Shown one piece after another: positions 26,392-39,150 of a DNA stretch of 64,000 nucleotides. The DNA is from Camelus dromedarius (Eukaryota), in contig NC_087457.1 of NCBI RefSeq assembly GCF_036321535.1, positions 23,498,001 through 23,562,000 on the forward strand. The letters run 5' to 3'. Below the pieces are notes generated by a model that ran no database searches, was not told the origin of the DNA, and was given only the letters and a program-made list of their open reading frames with translations. The stretch's first letter is position 1, and every line of letters begins with the position of its first letter. The position numbers and the translations under genes are program-made.

Positions 26392-26572
26392 AGTAGGGCA
26401 CCATCTCCAACCTGAATGTGTTCATGGATCACCTGGGGATCATGTTAAAATGCAAACCCATAGACCACACTTTGGCCAACGAGAATGGGGGTCAGAGCAT
26501 TGTGATGAATGCCTAGAAGATAGTGCTGAGGTCCTCATGCTGATTTGGGCACTGGCTCACCCCCATATTAAC
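26392..26572. mobile_element. MER5A/B-like hAT MITE
   Basis: 'ctccaacctgaatgtgttcatggatcacctggggatcatgttaaaatgcaa...gggcactgg'. Confidence 0.7.
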
Positions 26573-26609
26573 CAAGCTCTAGGACTTCTGCTCCTTGGTG
26601 AAAAAGAAA

Positions 26610-26730
26610 CATACACCATGTGTGGTATCTGTTCAGAATATATGTTGTGTTCTGTACATTGTACTAGACAGTAGAGATTAAAAAGTCAGGTAATTCATTG
26701 TCTCTGTCTTACAGGAGCTTCCTACCCAGC
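26610..26730 (-). mobile_element. L2 3' terminus
   Basis: 'tatgttgtgttctgtacattgtactagac...tgtctctgtcttacaggagcttcc'. Confidence 0.55.
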
Positions 26731-29639
26731 TGACTCTGAATGAGGTATACAGTTTCTCCTCTGATTGGGGTGGGTAAGTACTGTTTCAGTGTTGGTGAAC
26801 TGAATGTTGCCCAGTGAATTTGAGGGGGAGCCCACAGCTGATCGTGTTCCCTCATAGCTATGATGACAGCATTTCTAGGTGATACAGGTCCTCCCTCTTG
26901 TCAGTTACTATTCTCCAGCATTACATGCACTCTCCATGATTACAAATATTTCCTCCCTCCACGCAAATGTCCCTAAATTTTGCAAAATACAGCCATACAC
27001 AGCATTCTTGACGTATTAATTGTACTGTTGATAAATGAAAGTGTTACTGCTCTCCATATATTTAAATTTTTCTCCCAATTTATAGGATGTACTGGCTAAA
27101 ATAAGAATGAAGTTTTCATGTATCTGTTACAAACTTCAGATATACTCTGAGCTGTTTTAAAACTTACGCTGTTTTCAAATTTGTATTCTGGACTCGTGTT
27201 GGCTACCGATTCTTCCCTCTAGCTCACATTAATTAGGCTACAGAGACGAATAAGGCAGCGAGTGAATCAGGACGACTAGCATCATGTGTAGTAGAATAGC
27301 AAATCAGTAACTATCAGAATGAGTACAGAGTTATAAATTCAAACTGGATTGTAAAACAGCTGCAAAAGACCAATTAGAAACAAAAGTCTGAATTAAGGTG
27401 GTTAAAAAATAGTTCAAGTATTTCCTATCTGGTTTCTGTACAAATGAGAATGAAATATTTGTATGTCATGGGTAGCTTCATAATGCTGGCAGCAAAATCA
27501 CTTGTTCTAGCAGGTGCTGGGAAAAATCTATGGCTTCATAGGGTTCAGAACTTAGATTATAAATACAGTAATCAAATGAGCTTCAGAGAAATGTATAGCA
27601 CACGTGAACTGAAGTTTGTTATCACTCTTATGGGGTATTTACTTATTTATTATCTTATTTATTATTGATTCATTCATTTATTCATTTTTGCTCATGGGAA
27701 AACTCAAATCAACATACACAGTAACCTTGTAAGGATTTCAAGTGAGAAGACAAAGGTATAGATATTTAGGTATATTTTATAAATAGCCACACAGCTCTTC
27801 TTACTCTAATATCTAGAAGTACATCCCTCACAGACTTAGGTTGGATTTCCTATCCTATGGGCTCTCTGTCAGTATTGTCACAGGTAGATAATAAATGATG
27901 GCTAAGTTGAATTAGGCTATCTCTTACTCACATCTCACTTTCTAGTAGACCACAGTCTATTTTCCGCAGTCATACTTTCCAGTAGATCTCATTAAAGAAA
28001 TTGTTGTTCTGGAGAAGCTTAACATGTTTACCCACCTCCCCAGGCTCTTGTACAAGTGTGATGATACAAATTTTGTGTGTGTACTTTGTATGCACACATA
28101 CACAAAATTTCTGTGACACCTGAAGTTGGCACAAATTCAAGATAAATAACATCTTAACCATGTTTGAAAGCTTGACTTTTATGTGCCCATCAGGTAACAG
28201 AAGATAGATGTTATTATAGAGGAAATTTTCATTACAGGAAAAATGCATGCTATTTGACAGACAGTTCATTTTATGCTTTTCACACAGAGATTATATCCCA
28301 AGATTCATGTTTCAAAGTCATCAAAAAAAATGAGGAATGCATTTTATATTTCTTACTGGAAATAATAATAGTGATTAGCTCATTTTTGAGAAAATGTGAT
28401 AAAAATATTACTGACTATCAAAACTCTTTAAAAGCACAAGATTTGCAATGATGTTAAATATATGTTTTTCATATGAATGAGTATGGAAATACAGATTCAT
28501 TTGATAGGTACAATTTAAAACTGGAGTACTTTGATAAAACATTCAGACATCTGTATCCTCAAAATGATTCCCTTTATATGAATTTATTTTTTATATGACT
28601 TTATGATAACAATTAAATTTCAATTCTTGACAAAGCAAATGATACAGATCTTAAGGAATAAGTATCTTCAGTCATTATTAGCAATGGTTGTATACATGCT
28701 TCAGAAGAGAAATCTTGTTGGTACAAAATTAAGAGTTTGATTTATATAACCTCATCAGAGATTATGAGGGTTAACCCCCACTTCAAGATTTTAGAAATAA
28801 TATATAGAAAATAATTCAGAGTTTCCTTTGAAAGTAGCAGGGTAGTATTGACAGTTCTACATAACAAACCACAGACCAAAAAATTCTTAAACAAATACTT
28901 TAAAATGGAAGTGAAGTTTCTTAAGTGCAGTTTCATAAAGGGGACATTTTCCTAAAAAGCCTTTTTGACCAGATTAAGAATCTCCTTCATTTACTCTGGT
29001 GAATACTTTTCAGTAAAATGAGAGAGATTTTATTTAAAAAAAAATTAAATCATTTGCATGATTGAGTTTTGATTTTCACAGTGCTACTTACGGATTTGGG
29101 GTTATATATATGTGTGTGTATACATATTTTTTTGACTTACTCGAAAGCCAGTAGAGTATTTTACCATTCAGGTTCATTAAAAACTGGGTTAATTTCTAAA
29201 AATTAGGACTGCAAGTATGTTCTGCAGTGTGTGTGTGTATGTGTGACTGCTTCTCCTGGCATATCAGCATCATTCTTCCGAATCAGCTTTCTCTGTGTCT
29301 GGAAACAGAAGATGACAGTTCCTACAGCAGGTGTTTCATAATTTGTCCAGAGGGGACTGAATCTCCATCCTATTGGTGTTTGAGACAATTCATGAGAGGA
29401 CTTGATTGTCCTGACTTGGCTAATAGCCTTTTTGACTGCTGCTCTGTGTTCTGGACTAGGGGCCTGCCTTGGCTCAGATTCTCCACCCTCACTCTGGATC
29501 GATCAATGTTGGTAGAGAGAGACAGGGCTATATTTTAATGAAGTGCCAGTAAAGGAATGGTGTGCTGGAAGACCAAATACAAATAATAATAAAAATAGAT
29601 TTCATATAAGTTATACATACTATGAGAATGTTAACCTTT

Positions 29640-30300
29640 GTATAGTGCATTTGTTATAAATTTTGCCACAGTTTTCTTCTGCTTTTTATATGGCAGTGTA
29701 ATATGCAATAATTTTACATGTTATATAGTTTATACATTTTTTCTTTGAAACTATAATTTTAGAAGATTTCCTCTCCAAGAAAGAGAAAAAATATACTTTT
29801 CTCTTACTTGTTTTTTTAATTTAATATTGGAATTGATTTCAGTATAAGGTATGGGATCATGCGCTAACTCTATCATTTTATATTCTCTAATCATTAACCA
29901 ATATCCTAACACTATGAATGGGCAGTTATTCTGGTTTTACTGATTTGAAATGTTGTTTTGTTATTCCAGTAAATACTTACACCTCAGGCTATTTCTATAT
30001 TTTCTCATCTCTTCCATTTATATATTTATCATTGTGCCATTTCAAATTTGTTTAATTTCTAAAAGTTGTAATAATTTAAATATCTTACAGTTTTATTTTG
30101 TAATATTGTTGCTATCATGTATTCATTCACCAGATGAATTTAGAATTATTTTGTCATGCTCTAAAATACTCTTGTTGAAATTTTTATTGGAATTTAAGCA
30201 TACATATTTGCAAGTTGTTGTATAGCAAATCAGGGTTAGTATAATTGAGTTTCTAATCAATAATGCAATAGGCAAATCCTTTCATTCAAATTTTTTTATG
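29640..30300 (-). mobile_element. Degraded L1 ORF2 3' region
   Basis: 'gtataaggtatgggatc' and 'ccagatgaatttagaattattttgtcatgctctaaa...aaatttttattggaattt'. Confidence 0.65.
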
Positions 30301-30513
30301 ATGTTTAGTCAAGAGTAGTATGTTTGGCTCCACTTTTATATGTTATGCCTTTCATTTTCTTGTCTATTTTATTTTCTGTATTTTATTTATATTTCATTGC
30401 TTTTTACATTTTGTTTTATTGATAATGTTTTGTCTCTTTTCTGTCTAGTAATTTGAAAAGTACATAGCCCAATGCAATTTCAAAAATTTAAAAATACTTT
30501 AAAAATAATATAC

Positions 30514-31022
30514 CTTTTTGAGAACAGTTTTAGATTCAGAGCTAAATTGAGTGGAAAGTACAGCGAGTTTCCACATATCCCCTGTCTCCACATGTATGAC
30601 CTCCTGCACCACAGTGGTGCATTTGTTACAGTGGATGAGCATCCATTAACACGTCATTATCATCTGAAGTCACTAAAGATCATTCTTGGTGGTGTAAATT
30701 CTATAGGTTTTGACAAACATTTCATGACAATGAAATATTATTCAGATAGAAATGATCTACCAAGTCATGAAAAGACAGAGGAAACTTAAATGGACATCAC
30801 TAAGTGCAAGTAGACAATCTGAAAAGGCTACATACTGTATGATCCCACCTATACAGCATTTTGGAAGAGGCAAAACAATGGAGACAGTAAAAAGGTCAGT
30901 GGTTGCTAGGGGTTGGCATGATGAAGAGAGATGAACAGGCAGAGCACAGAGGAGTTTTAGAGCAATGAGTATCTGTATGATAACAGTGTTGGATACATGG
31001 CATTACACATTTGTCACAACCT
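30514..31022 (-). mobile_element. L1MB 3' end with an inverted upstream segment
   Basis: 30514-30729 is the extreme L1MB 3' end on the minus strand ('agaacagttttagattcagagctaaattgagtggaaagtacag'). 30729-31022 is the adjacent upstream L1MB 3' UTR on the plus strand ('ctgaaaaggctacatactgtatgatcc'). Confidence 0.85.
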
Positions 31023-33059
31023 GTGTTAATTTGTAATTACATTTTTGTTTTAAAAACCACTTGAAAGTTTTCTGCAATCATTGCTGTCATGAATGTAACT
31101 AGGAGGCTCCCGGCAGATGTAATTTAACTCAGCTATTGTGTGATTTCTTTCAGTAGCTCCAAGGCGGACTCAGTAGCTATTCCCCCAACAGCAGACAAAT
31201 CTCATCCCTAACAAGGGAATCTGTTCTCAGCAGTGAATCAGGGCACAAGGGTCTAATCAGCTCAGATGGGTCTTCTTTCTTTTTCTAGAAATGGCTCAGT
31301 TTTTAAAGACTTTGTGAGGCAGTCAAGGCTGTGTTAACACTGACATCCAAAATATTCTCTTGCTGCTTATTTCATGAAGAAATTTTGAGACTTAATTGCC
31401 CTAATAAAATCATAGAATGGTCTGTACGACTGATTCATTATATAAGACATCAATTTTTAACTCTGTCCCTCTTCCCCTGCTCTATCTTATCTGCAGTACT
31501 CATCGCACATTATTTTAAGGACCATCATTCTTCATGGCAGTTTACCACCACTTCTCTGCACTGTGCATCTAATAATCTGGTGGGCATGGAGGGCGTACAC
31601 TGTGCATTGAGTGTCAAGATAAAAATTCATACTAAAGTGTAACAGGGAATTATAGCTGTGGTCAAAGATCTCTTAAGAGGATCCCAGTGTATAATCCAGG
31701 TTTCAGTGACAGGACTCTCTGCCCCTTAAATATTTGATATTCACAATCCAAATCTCTGATTTCAGAGCTTGCTTTATCAAGTTTTCCTCTTCTATTTGAT
31801 TCTGCAATCACACAGATTGTCTGTTTCCACTTTAGAGCCAACAGGAATGCAAAATTGTCCTCTGTCATTGGGCTTCTTTATTAGGCATAACAATAGTTTT
31901 TGTTATTTTTTTCTGAAGATTTAGGGGTTTTGGGGGAAGAGAGTCAAGTCTACCCATACATGGCCTTTGGGGCAACTTATAAAATATCTCTTACTTTTGC
32001 CCTTGGTCTGGGAGCCCGATCCCACTTGCCCATCATCCTTCTTAACATCTCATGCTCTTTATATGGTACCTGCCTCTCAGTGCACAGCCCAAGAGGAAGG
32101 TGACTTCATGCCTTCTTCCAGGGGCTGCTTTTGTGGGAGATTAATCCTATCAGTTTTGCCTATTTTTCAGAGTCCTTCAAGGAATTATAGTGAATTCTTG
32201 GGTAAATGTTTTCCATTTCATATAAAAGCAATCAACTTTGAAAAAATTTTAATTCTTCTCACTTGTGAAACCAAATATTTCAGTATAGATCCATTTCATA
32301 GTTGCAGAATCTGTTGCAGTGGCACTTAAAATTTGGAAATGCGTGTACTAAAACTTTTGCCATCAGCAGCTTAACGTATGTTTTTGCTCCTGGAAATCAA
32401 GATTGAAGAGCTAATATTTTATTTCTTGGGTGGAAATCTGTTTATATTAGCCATTGAAGGATATGTCAGATAAAGCATACAAGCTTTCATTTGACACAGT
32501 TTTAAAGCACTCATGTCATGCATCATTTTTGTGTTTTTTAAAGCTTTTATTTAATTATACATTAAAATCATAGTTGATTTGACAAGTAGTTGTCTGTCTA
32601 ATATAAGATTTAAAATATACTGTGAAAATCAGAATAAAATATATTTAGGAGTACATTTTAATAAAACATATTGAATCAAATTTCATGGTGACTGTACAGT
32701 GTATCTTTTGGCCCATTTCTAGAACAGATTTATATATAGACGGCAGTTGTCTGAAGACAAGAGTTATGATTGTACTCTAAAATTTACTTTACTACAAACA
32801 TAAACCCTAGAAAATTTTTATAACATATTTTCCCCAATTGGTTTTCAGTATGAACTGTGCATTTTGAAAATACCATGACTATTTTAAAGTTAATAAAGGA
32901 GTGAAAAGAAAGATTTACATCTCCCAATTATGGCTTGTCATATAGATCCTCCACATTTGTAAATGGACTCTGGTACTTAAGAATGTGAATTTTATCTAAA
33001 TTATCTTTTTTGTTGTTATCAACATTTTGCATTATATTTTATCTTTCGTTTAGATATTC

Positions 33060-34500
33060 TTGTTAGTGAGCACCTACTGTGTGTCAGGCTCTGTTCTAGG
33101 TGCTGGGACTTAGCAAGACCAGAACAAGATCCTGTCCTCCTGGAGTTCACTTTCTAGTGCAAAAGGCAGATAATAAACATGAAACAAAGTAACACAGGGC
33201 ATATTAGATGGTGTTATGTACATGGGGAAAAAATAAAGCATGCAAAGGGAAACAGAAGGGAGCCTAGCTTGGCTTGGATGAGGAGACTGATGTTATTTTT
33301 ATATTGAGTTGTCAAGATTTTATATAAAGTTGTCACTGTGATGGAATGATATTAAACATAAAGTAAATAAGGAAATAAACCAATTAGATTATATGGGAGA
33401 GGCATATACCCAAAAGGCCTTGGGCAGGACTCTGCTTGCCATTTTTAGGACCAGTAAAGGAGTCATTATGGCTGGAGCAGAGTGAGTGGAGTGGGATGAG
33501 AGGACATAAGAGTAGAACTGAGGAGGGGGCATGTGCAGTCAGGGTGCATGCCATGGGGTCGGTGGTAAGGACATTGGCTTACCCTGAGTGACGTGGAAAA
33601 ACAATAGAAAGTTTCCAAATACAAGAGTAGTATCTTTTCTATTATTTAAAATAATCACTCTGACTACTGTGCAGGACACAAAGCTGAAGCAAGGAAAGCA
33701 GAATGGATGTTGTGATAATCCAGGATAAAATGGTGTTAGCCTAGCCCACAGTAGTAATGATGAAAGTGAGGAAATGGTCAGATTCTGGATTTATGGAAGT
33801 ATGACTGCCATAGTTAGCTGATGGTTTGGCTATGGCTGTGAGAGTGAAAAATAGCCCATTTTTGTTTAGACAGCTGAAAGAATGAAATTGCTATTAACTG
33901 GTGTAGGGAAGACTGTAAGCAGAGCAAGTCTGAAGGTGTAAATCAAAAGTTTGTTTTCGGACATGAAGACTTTGAGGTGTCTCTTAGATTCCAAATGGAG
34001 ATGTACAGATAAATCTAGAATCCAGGAGTGAAGTCCGGGGCATAGATGAAATTTTTGGGATCATAAGTATGCAGTTGTTACTTAATGTCTTGAATCATGT
34101 TGAGTTCATTTAGACTCTAAAGTGAGTACAGATAGAGATTACTAAGAACTAACTTCTAGGGAACTTCAACATTTAGAAGTGGATAAACCAGGTAAGGATA
34201 CTGAGAATACACAGCCAGTGAGGCAGATAGAAGAATAAAGATGGGACGCTTTTCAGAAGCCTCATGAGTGAGTGCTTTGAGGAAGTGAAAGTGATCAACT
34301 TTATCAGTTGCCTTAAGAGGTAAAGGAAGATTATGACTGAGAGCTGGTCATTAGCTTTTGTAAACCAGAGGTCAGTGATGACTATAAAAAGAAGTTATTT
34401 GGTGGAATGATTGAAGGAAAATATGATTAGATACTGATGAAGAGAGAATAGAGAGGAGTAAGAGATTTGGGGTATAGGCAGAAATTTTGCTATAGAAGGG
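33060..34500 (-). mobile_element. L2 LINE, long fragment
   Basis: 'gagcacctactgtgtgtcaggctctgttctaggtgctggg' and 'tttggacatg...tttgaggtgtct'. Confidence 0.85.
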
Positions 34501-34789
34501 GACCGAGGCAAGAGATGAGAGTGCACAAGGAGGAGCTCAGAAATTTGGATTTGAATGATTGAGAGCAAACAATATTTTAAGTGAGGTTTTTAAATTTTCT
34601 AAGTAAAGGAACGTAAGTTAATATAAAATATTGGCCCACAGCAGAATTATAGCCAAGTAGTCTTTAGGTAATGTGAACTCTTTGTGTATTTTCAAAGATT
34701 GAATTGAAGAAAGATTATTTCAGATAAAGAACAGTAGATAGAAGGTAGGAGAAGTATATTCAATTTCAAGTTATATCGTTTCTTTTCCT

Positions 34790-34942
34790 TTTGTAGTATA
34801 AGCTCTACGAGGGTAGACATCCTACCTGTTTTGTTTATTGTTGTCTCCCTAGTGCTGAGACCTGTACTGGGCCTGTCGTGGATAGGTGCTCATTATTTAT
34901 TTAGAGTGTGTGAACGAGTGGTTGAGTGAATGAATGAATGAG
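34790..34942 (+). mobile_element. L2 3' terminus
   Basis: 'taagctctacgagggtagac...ctagtgctgagac...tgaatgaatgaatga'. Confidence 0.85.
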
Positions 34943-35124
34943 TTTGATTCTCCCTGTGTGAGAAATGGAAAATTAAAAAAAAAAATCCATGTGATGGAGA
35001 ACATTTTAGAAGGTAGTCATATGATGAGTTTATCTTAAAATACTGAGTTAAGGAAATACCTGCTTTCCCTATGGGAGGAGCATGGCCTGAGTATCAGGGG
35101 CTGAGTTCTGGGACGACAAGTTGT

Positions 35125-35265
35125 AGTGGAAGAACACTGGACTTAGATGCCAACGTTAATCACTCCAAGAACTATAGAAACTTGGCAAGTTTGTGAAAAT
35201 TGTCTACTGCTTTTCCTACTCTGTAAAATAAAGGGTTGGATGAAATCATTTGTAAGATCTTATCT
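35125..35265 (+). mobile_element. MIR SINE fragment
   Basis: 'agaacactggactta...cttggcaagt...ctctgtaaaataaagggttggatgaaatc'. Confidence 0.7.
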
Positions 35266-36229
35266 AGTTCTGTATTTCCGTATTTTATAATTTTATTCTT
35301 CACTTGGTGCTCTGTACCTATCATTTGAGTTTGTGTCAGTCATTTAACAAACACCAGGGATGCAAAGTTGTAATCTTTGAAAAAACCAAAGTGGCAAAAT
35401 CTCTTTGATTTCCTCCTTCTAAAATGCTATGGTGTCTCTTTCAAAAGCACAGAAGAATTAACAGAAACATGCAGCAGCCTTTACACCTTTCATTGAGATA
35501 CGGTGATGCGACACCTACTGTGCATCTTTGACTTCTTGCACCACGACAGGAGATGTATTATCAATCAAACTCAGTCACTTTGGGTAAATCTTACTTTAGG
35601 AAAACTTCAACCACTCTTCCCAGTAGTAAACCAAGTCCCTAGGGCCTTATCTATTGTTCTGGTAACAAGGAAGTAGATTAGATCTTTGAGGCCTTCCGTT
35701 GTTTCTCATCCTAATTTTGTGGTGCTGGCTTCTTTTCTAACTATAAAGGCTGAGGTGTGGCTGGTCCAACCTGACCTTTAAATTGAGCTCGTCTTTGCTG
35801 CAAGGGACTCTGGCCCTTGCCATTCCCATGTGCCTCGTTCTCCTCTGCTGACCCCAGGCTTTTCCAGGTCATCTCAGCACTTCCAGTCACTTGAGAGGGG
35901 ATGAACATTCCTGTATACAGAGGGCTGGTTTCTGTGAGGCTGCATACAGGCCAATCTCCAAGGAATCTTCTTGAACGCTTGATTTTCTGCACCTTTTTGG
36001 TAAACCTGTTGGATATAAAGCTCTTTTGAAAATCTGACTTCTCTGAAAGTCTTCGGTCTTCTAAGTATTCACCTTTGGAAATGAGGAAATAGTCACATGT
36101 TTCTTGAACTTCTTGAACCCCGCCTAAGTATTTTTGCCACCTTTCTCTCTCAGGACTTTGAGTTCAAGGGAATGGGGTAGTTAGGAAATTTGCACCTGAT
36201 TTCTTGCTCTCCAGGCTTTTCCCTGCCAG

Positions 36230-37065
36230 TTCCTTTTCCAGTCCCAGGAGGTATCTTGCCTTTCTCTCTCTCTGTTAGCAACCATTCTAAAGTTTACCCT
36301 TATCATTCTATTCTATTGTTAAAGCCTCTTATTTCCTTTTTTATTTTATGCTTAATATCATCCTATCAGGGTGACAACTTAATATAAAATCTTGACAACT
36401 CAATATAAAATAACATCAGTCTCCACCATCCAAGCCACCCGAGGCTCCCTTCTGTTTCCCTTTGCATGCTTTATTTCCCACAAGTACCTGACACCATCTA
36501 ATACACCTTGTGTTACTTTGAAAACAGAAATCTGTTGCTACTACTTTCTGTAATCTTTTCAAAGGCTTTTTACTCTCATGAGTGTTAAATTCCTTTCATG
36601 ATTGGAATTCTCCTTACTCTCCAGCCTTACTTCATGTTAAGTTGCACCACTGTCCCTTCTCCTTAATTCTGTGGCACATTTTGTTTCTGTCAGTTATTCA
36701 AATGTGCCAGATTCTGGTCTTTTTCACCTTCCTTCTTTCTACCTGGAACATACTTCTCTTACTGTTTATCTGACTACCATCTTCTTGCTTTTCATGTTTT
36801 TGCGTAGTGATTTCTTCCTCAAGAGAGAATTTTCAGATCCCACGAGGCTCAATTAAATGCTGTTTCTATGTGATTCCTTTATTTAACTTGCTGTAGAACT
36901 TATGGCAATATTATGATTAAATATATAATTTCATATACATCATATTTTTTCCTTGACTATACATTTTTTGAAAGCAGTGACTATTTAATGATCATCTCCC
37001 TTTAAGTAACATCATGATAGGGTCATAGTAACTGGATGAAAAAGGTATTCATTGAATGAATAAAT
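36230..37065 (+). mobile_element. L2 fragments
   Basis: 'ccttctttctacctggaacatacttctc' with terminal 'ttcattgaatgaataaat'. Confidence 0.7.
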
Positions 37066-38029
37066 AAAAGTCCCCATAATAAAACAGAGATCATAAAAAT
37101 GTGCTTTATCATTATACCATTATATTAAAAGTATATATGATTGTAATAAATCTTATTGTCATCCCTTATCGAATTGTATACTGTTTACTCTAAAAAACTT
37201 GTTTTATGTCAAAACTATTCATATATTACTCAGTGAAGTTTTGAAAGCCATCCCATGCTATGCTCTCCCTTACATTTATATTATTTGGCCTTCTTGATAT
37301 GGAGAATCTGATATGAATCAAATTAATGTTTATAAGACTATTTTAGTTACATAATTTTATTCTTAAAGTATCTGTATAATTTCACTACTTAATTAGAAAA
37401 AATTACTCAATTTTTATGATGAAGTAAAATCAAGTTTTGAAAACACCTTCATCTCAATATTTATTTAGGAAACAGTAGGCTCAGTTTTATTTTTAAATAG
37501 TTGATATATAGTCACTAGCATTTGTGGAGTTTTGGTGACATTTATTTGAATGCCTCTTAGTGACCTGAGGGTCGTAAAGAGCAGACTTTGGATAGAGAGA
37601 ACATTCCAGGTAACCAATTCTTCACTTTATATAAGAAAGTAAGAGTTGAAGAATGAGAGTGTGCTCTACCTCCACGTGGGAAAGTACATGACTTCTCCCC
37701 CCAGGCAAAAGCCTGTGTAAAGTTCTTTTCAGTAAAGGGCAAGGATGACTTCAGTGGAGTCATTTTCTAAAAGGCCAGGAAATAGCTACTCATTTTCCCC
37801 TACCATCTTGCTGTAGTTACTCTGTATTTGAAAGGTGAAATACAAGTTGACGTGTTTATGTGAGGGCCATGCCGAAGTGCTTCTGGCCTGATTGCTCTCC
37901 CGCTTTGCTGCCCTTCCGAGCCGTTTTCTCCAGTGCTTGCTCACAACCTCACTACTCCCTGTTTCTCAGAGACATCTGAATGAACTGGGACTCTTAATTA
38001 AAAAAATTTTTTTTACATTTTATTTTCAT

Positions 38030-38350
38030 TTTTTTCCAGCTTTATTGAGGTATACTTGACAAATAAAAATTATGTATGTACTTAAGGTGGACAGTGTGAT
38101 AAAATTAATTTATTAAAATTTATTTTCTGTTTTTTTAAGTTGAACTTAGTTTAAAATGTTGTCTTAAATTCTGGTGTGCAACATGGTGATTTGGTTGTAC
38201 ATATATACATATTCCTTTTCGTTACAGCCTATTACAAGGTATTGAATATAGTTCCCTGTGCTATACAGTAGGACATCGCTGTTTAACCATTTTATATATA
38301 GTGGTTAATAACTGCAAATTCTGAACTCCCAATTTACCCCTCCACCCTCT
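38030..38350 (-). mobile_element. Two LINE-1 3' ends, the second of cetartiodactyl type
   Basis: 'ctttattgaggtatacttgacaaataaaaat' and 'tattgaatatagttccctgtgctatacagtaggac'. Confidence 0.88.
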
Positions 38351-38899
38351 TTTTTATTTTTAGATCCCTATTTTTTGTTTTTTGATCCTGTTTTCGCCTC
38401 TTAACAATTATTTCAGCTGCTAAGAAGTTTTGTTTTCCTTAAAAAGAAAAAAAAGAAATTTAAGACCTTGTTACGACGTTTTAGTTATCTTCTTTTTTCT
38501 TTTTTTATCTAATTGATTTCTCTATTAGATTAAAACCATTTGATATTGAGGAAAACAGTTTCATATCTCCAAGACTTTCCTTCAAAATGGGAGAAGAAAA
38601 TGATCTAACTCCTTATTTTTTCATTATATTTTTTAAACCCATTTAATACAGGATTATGTCATTTCTGAAGTTTCTGTGGTGCCTTGTATTAACACATTGT
38701 AGGTTCTATTTCCTAATTATAAATAATTTTTTCTTGAATTAATAGAAACAGAATATTAGAGACAAGTTGCCCAGTTTAAATTGTAGAATGATCTTCTTTT
38801 CTTAGAATCTATAAAATTTAGGTTTTAAAACGGTAATTAACAAATCAACTCTAAAACATCAATGGTTTACTAGTAGACATTTTTTGATGCACACACAAC

Positions 38900-39150
38900 G
38901 TTCCATTATGGGTGTTCATATCATTGAGCAGTTATCCTACTTGCAGTGATTCTGGAACCCGGATTCCTTCCTTTTTGCAGCGTTGCTATTTCCTAGGACC
39001 TCCAAAATCTCTAAATTTACCAAATTAGAAATTTAGCAGATTAGAAAGTATGGGGAAGTCGTTTTTAAACGCCTAGGTACAGAAAGGAAGCTCCTAATTA
39101 CTAGTCATATTGACTGGAACTAATCTCATGGCCATGCCTAGATGCAAGGA
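38900..39150 (-). mobile_element. MLT1 (MaLR) LTR fragment
   Basis: 'ggaacccggattccttcc...ggaactaatctcatggccatgcctagatgcaagg'. Confidence 0.7.

Noticed and set aside
26714-26743. Approximately 30-nt plus exon candidate ELPTQLTLNE
   Set aside because: It lies inside an antisense L2 3' terminus and has a weak donor.
27960-29538. ORFs of 99-103 aa and protein-like frames on both strands
   Set aside because: They include microsatellite-derived residues, lack a consistent splice structure or recognisable domain, and their lengths are compatible with chance.
10255-29538. Endogenous non-retroviral element (bornavirus, parvovirus, filovirus) or NUMT as the source of the unique ORF-like blocks
   Set aside because: No motif of these families or of mitochondrial genes was recognisable in the translations I checked. 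A BLASTx would be needed to exclude it fully.
35593-35656. Approximately 64-nt minus exon candidate with good splice sites
   Set aside because: Stops in all three frames, so at most non-coding, with no further support.
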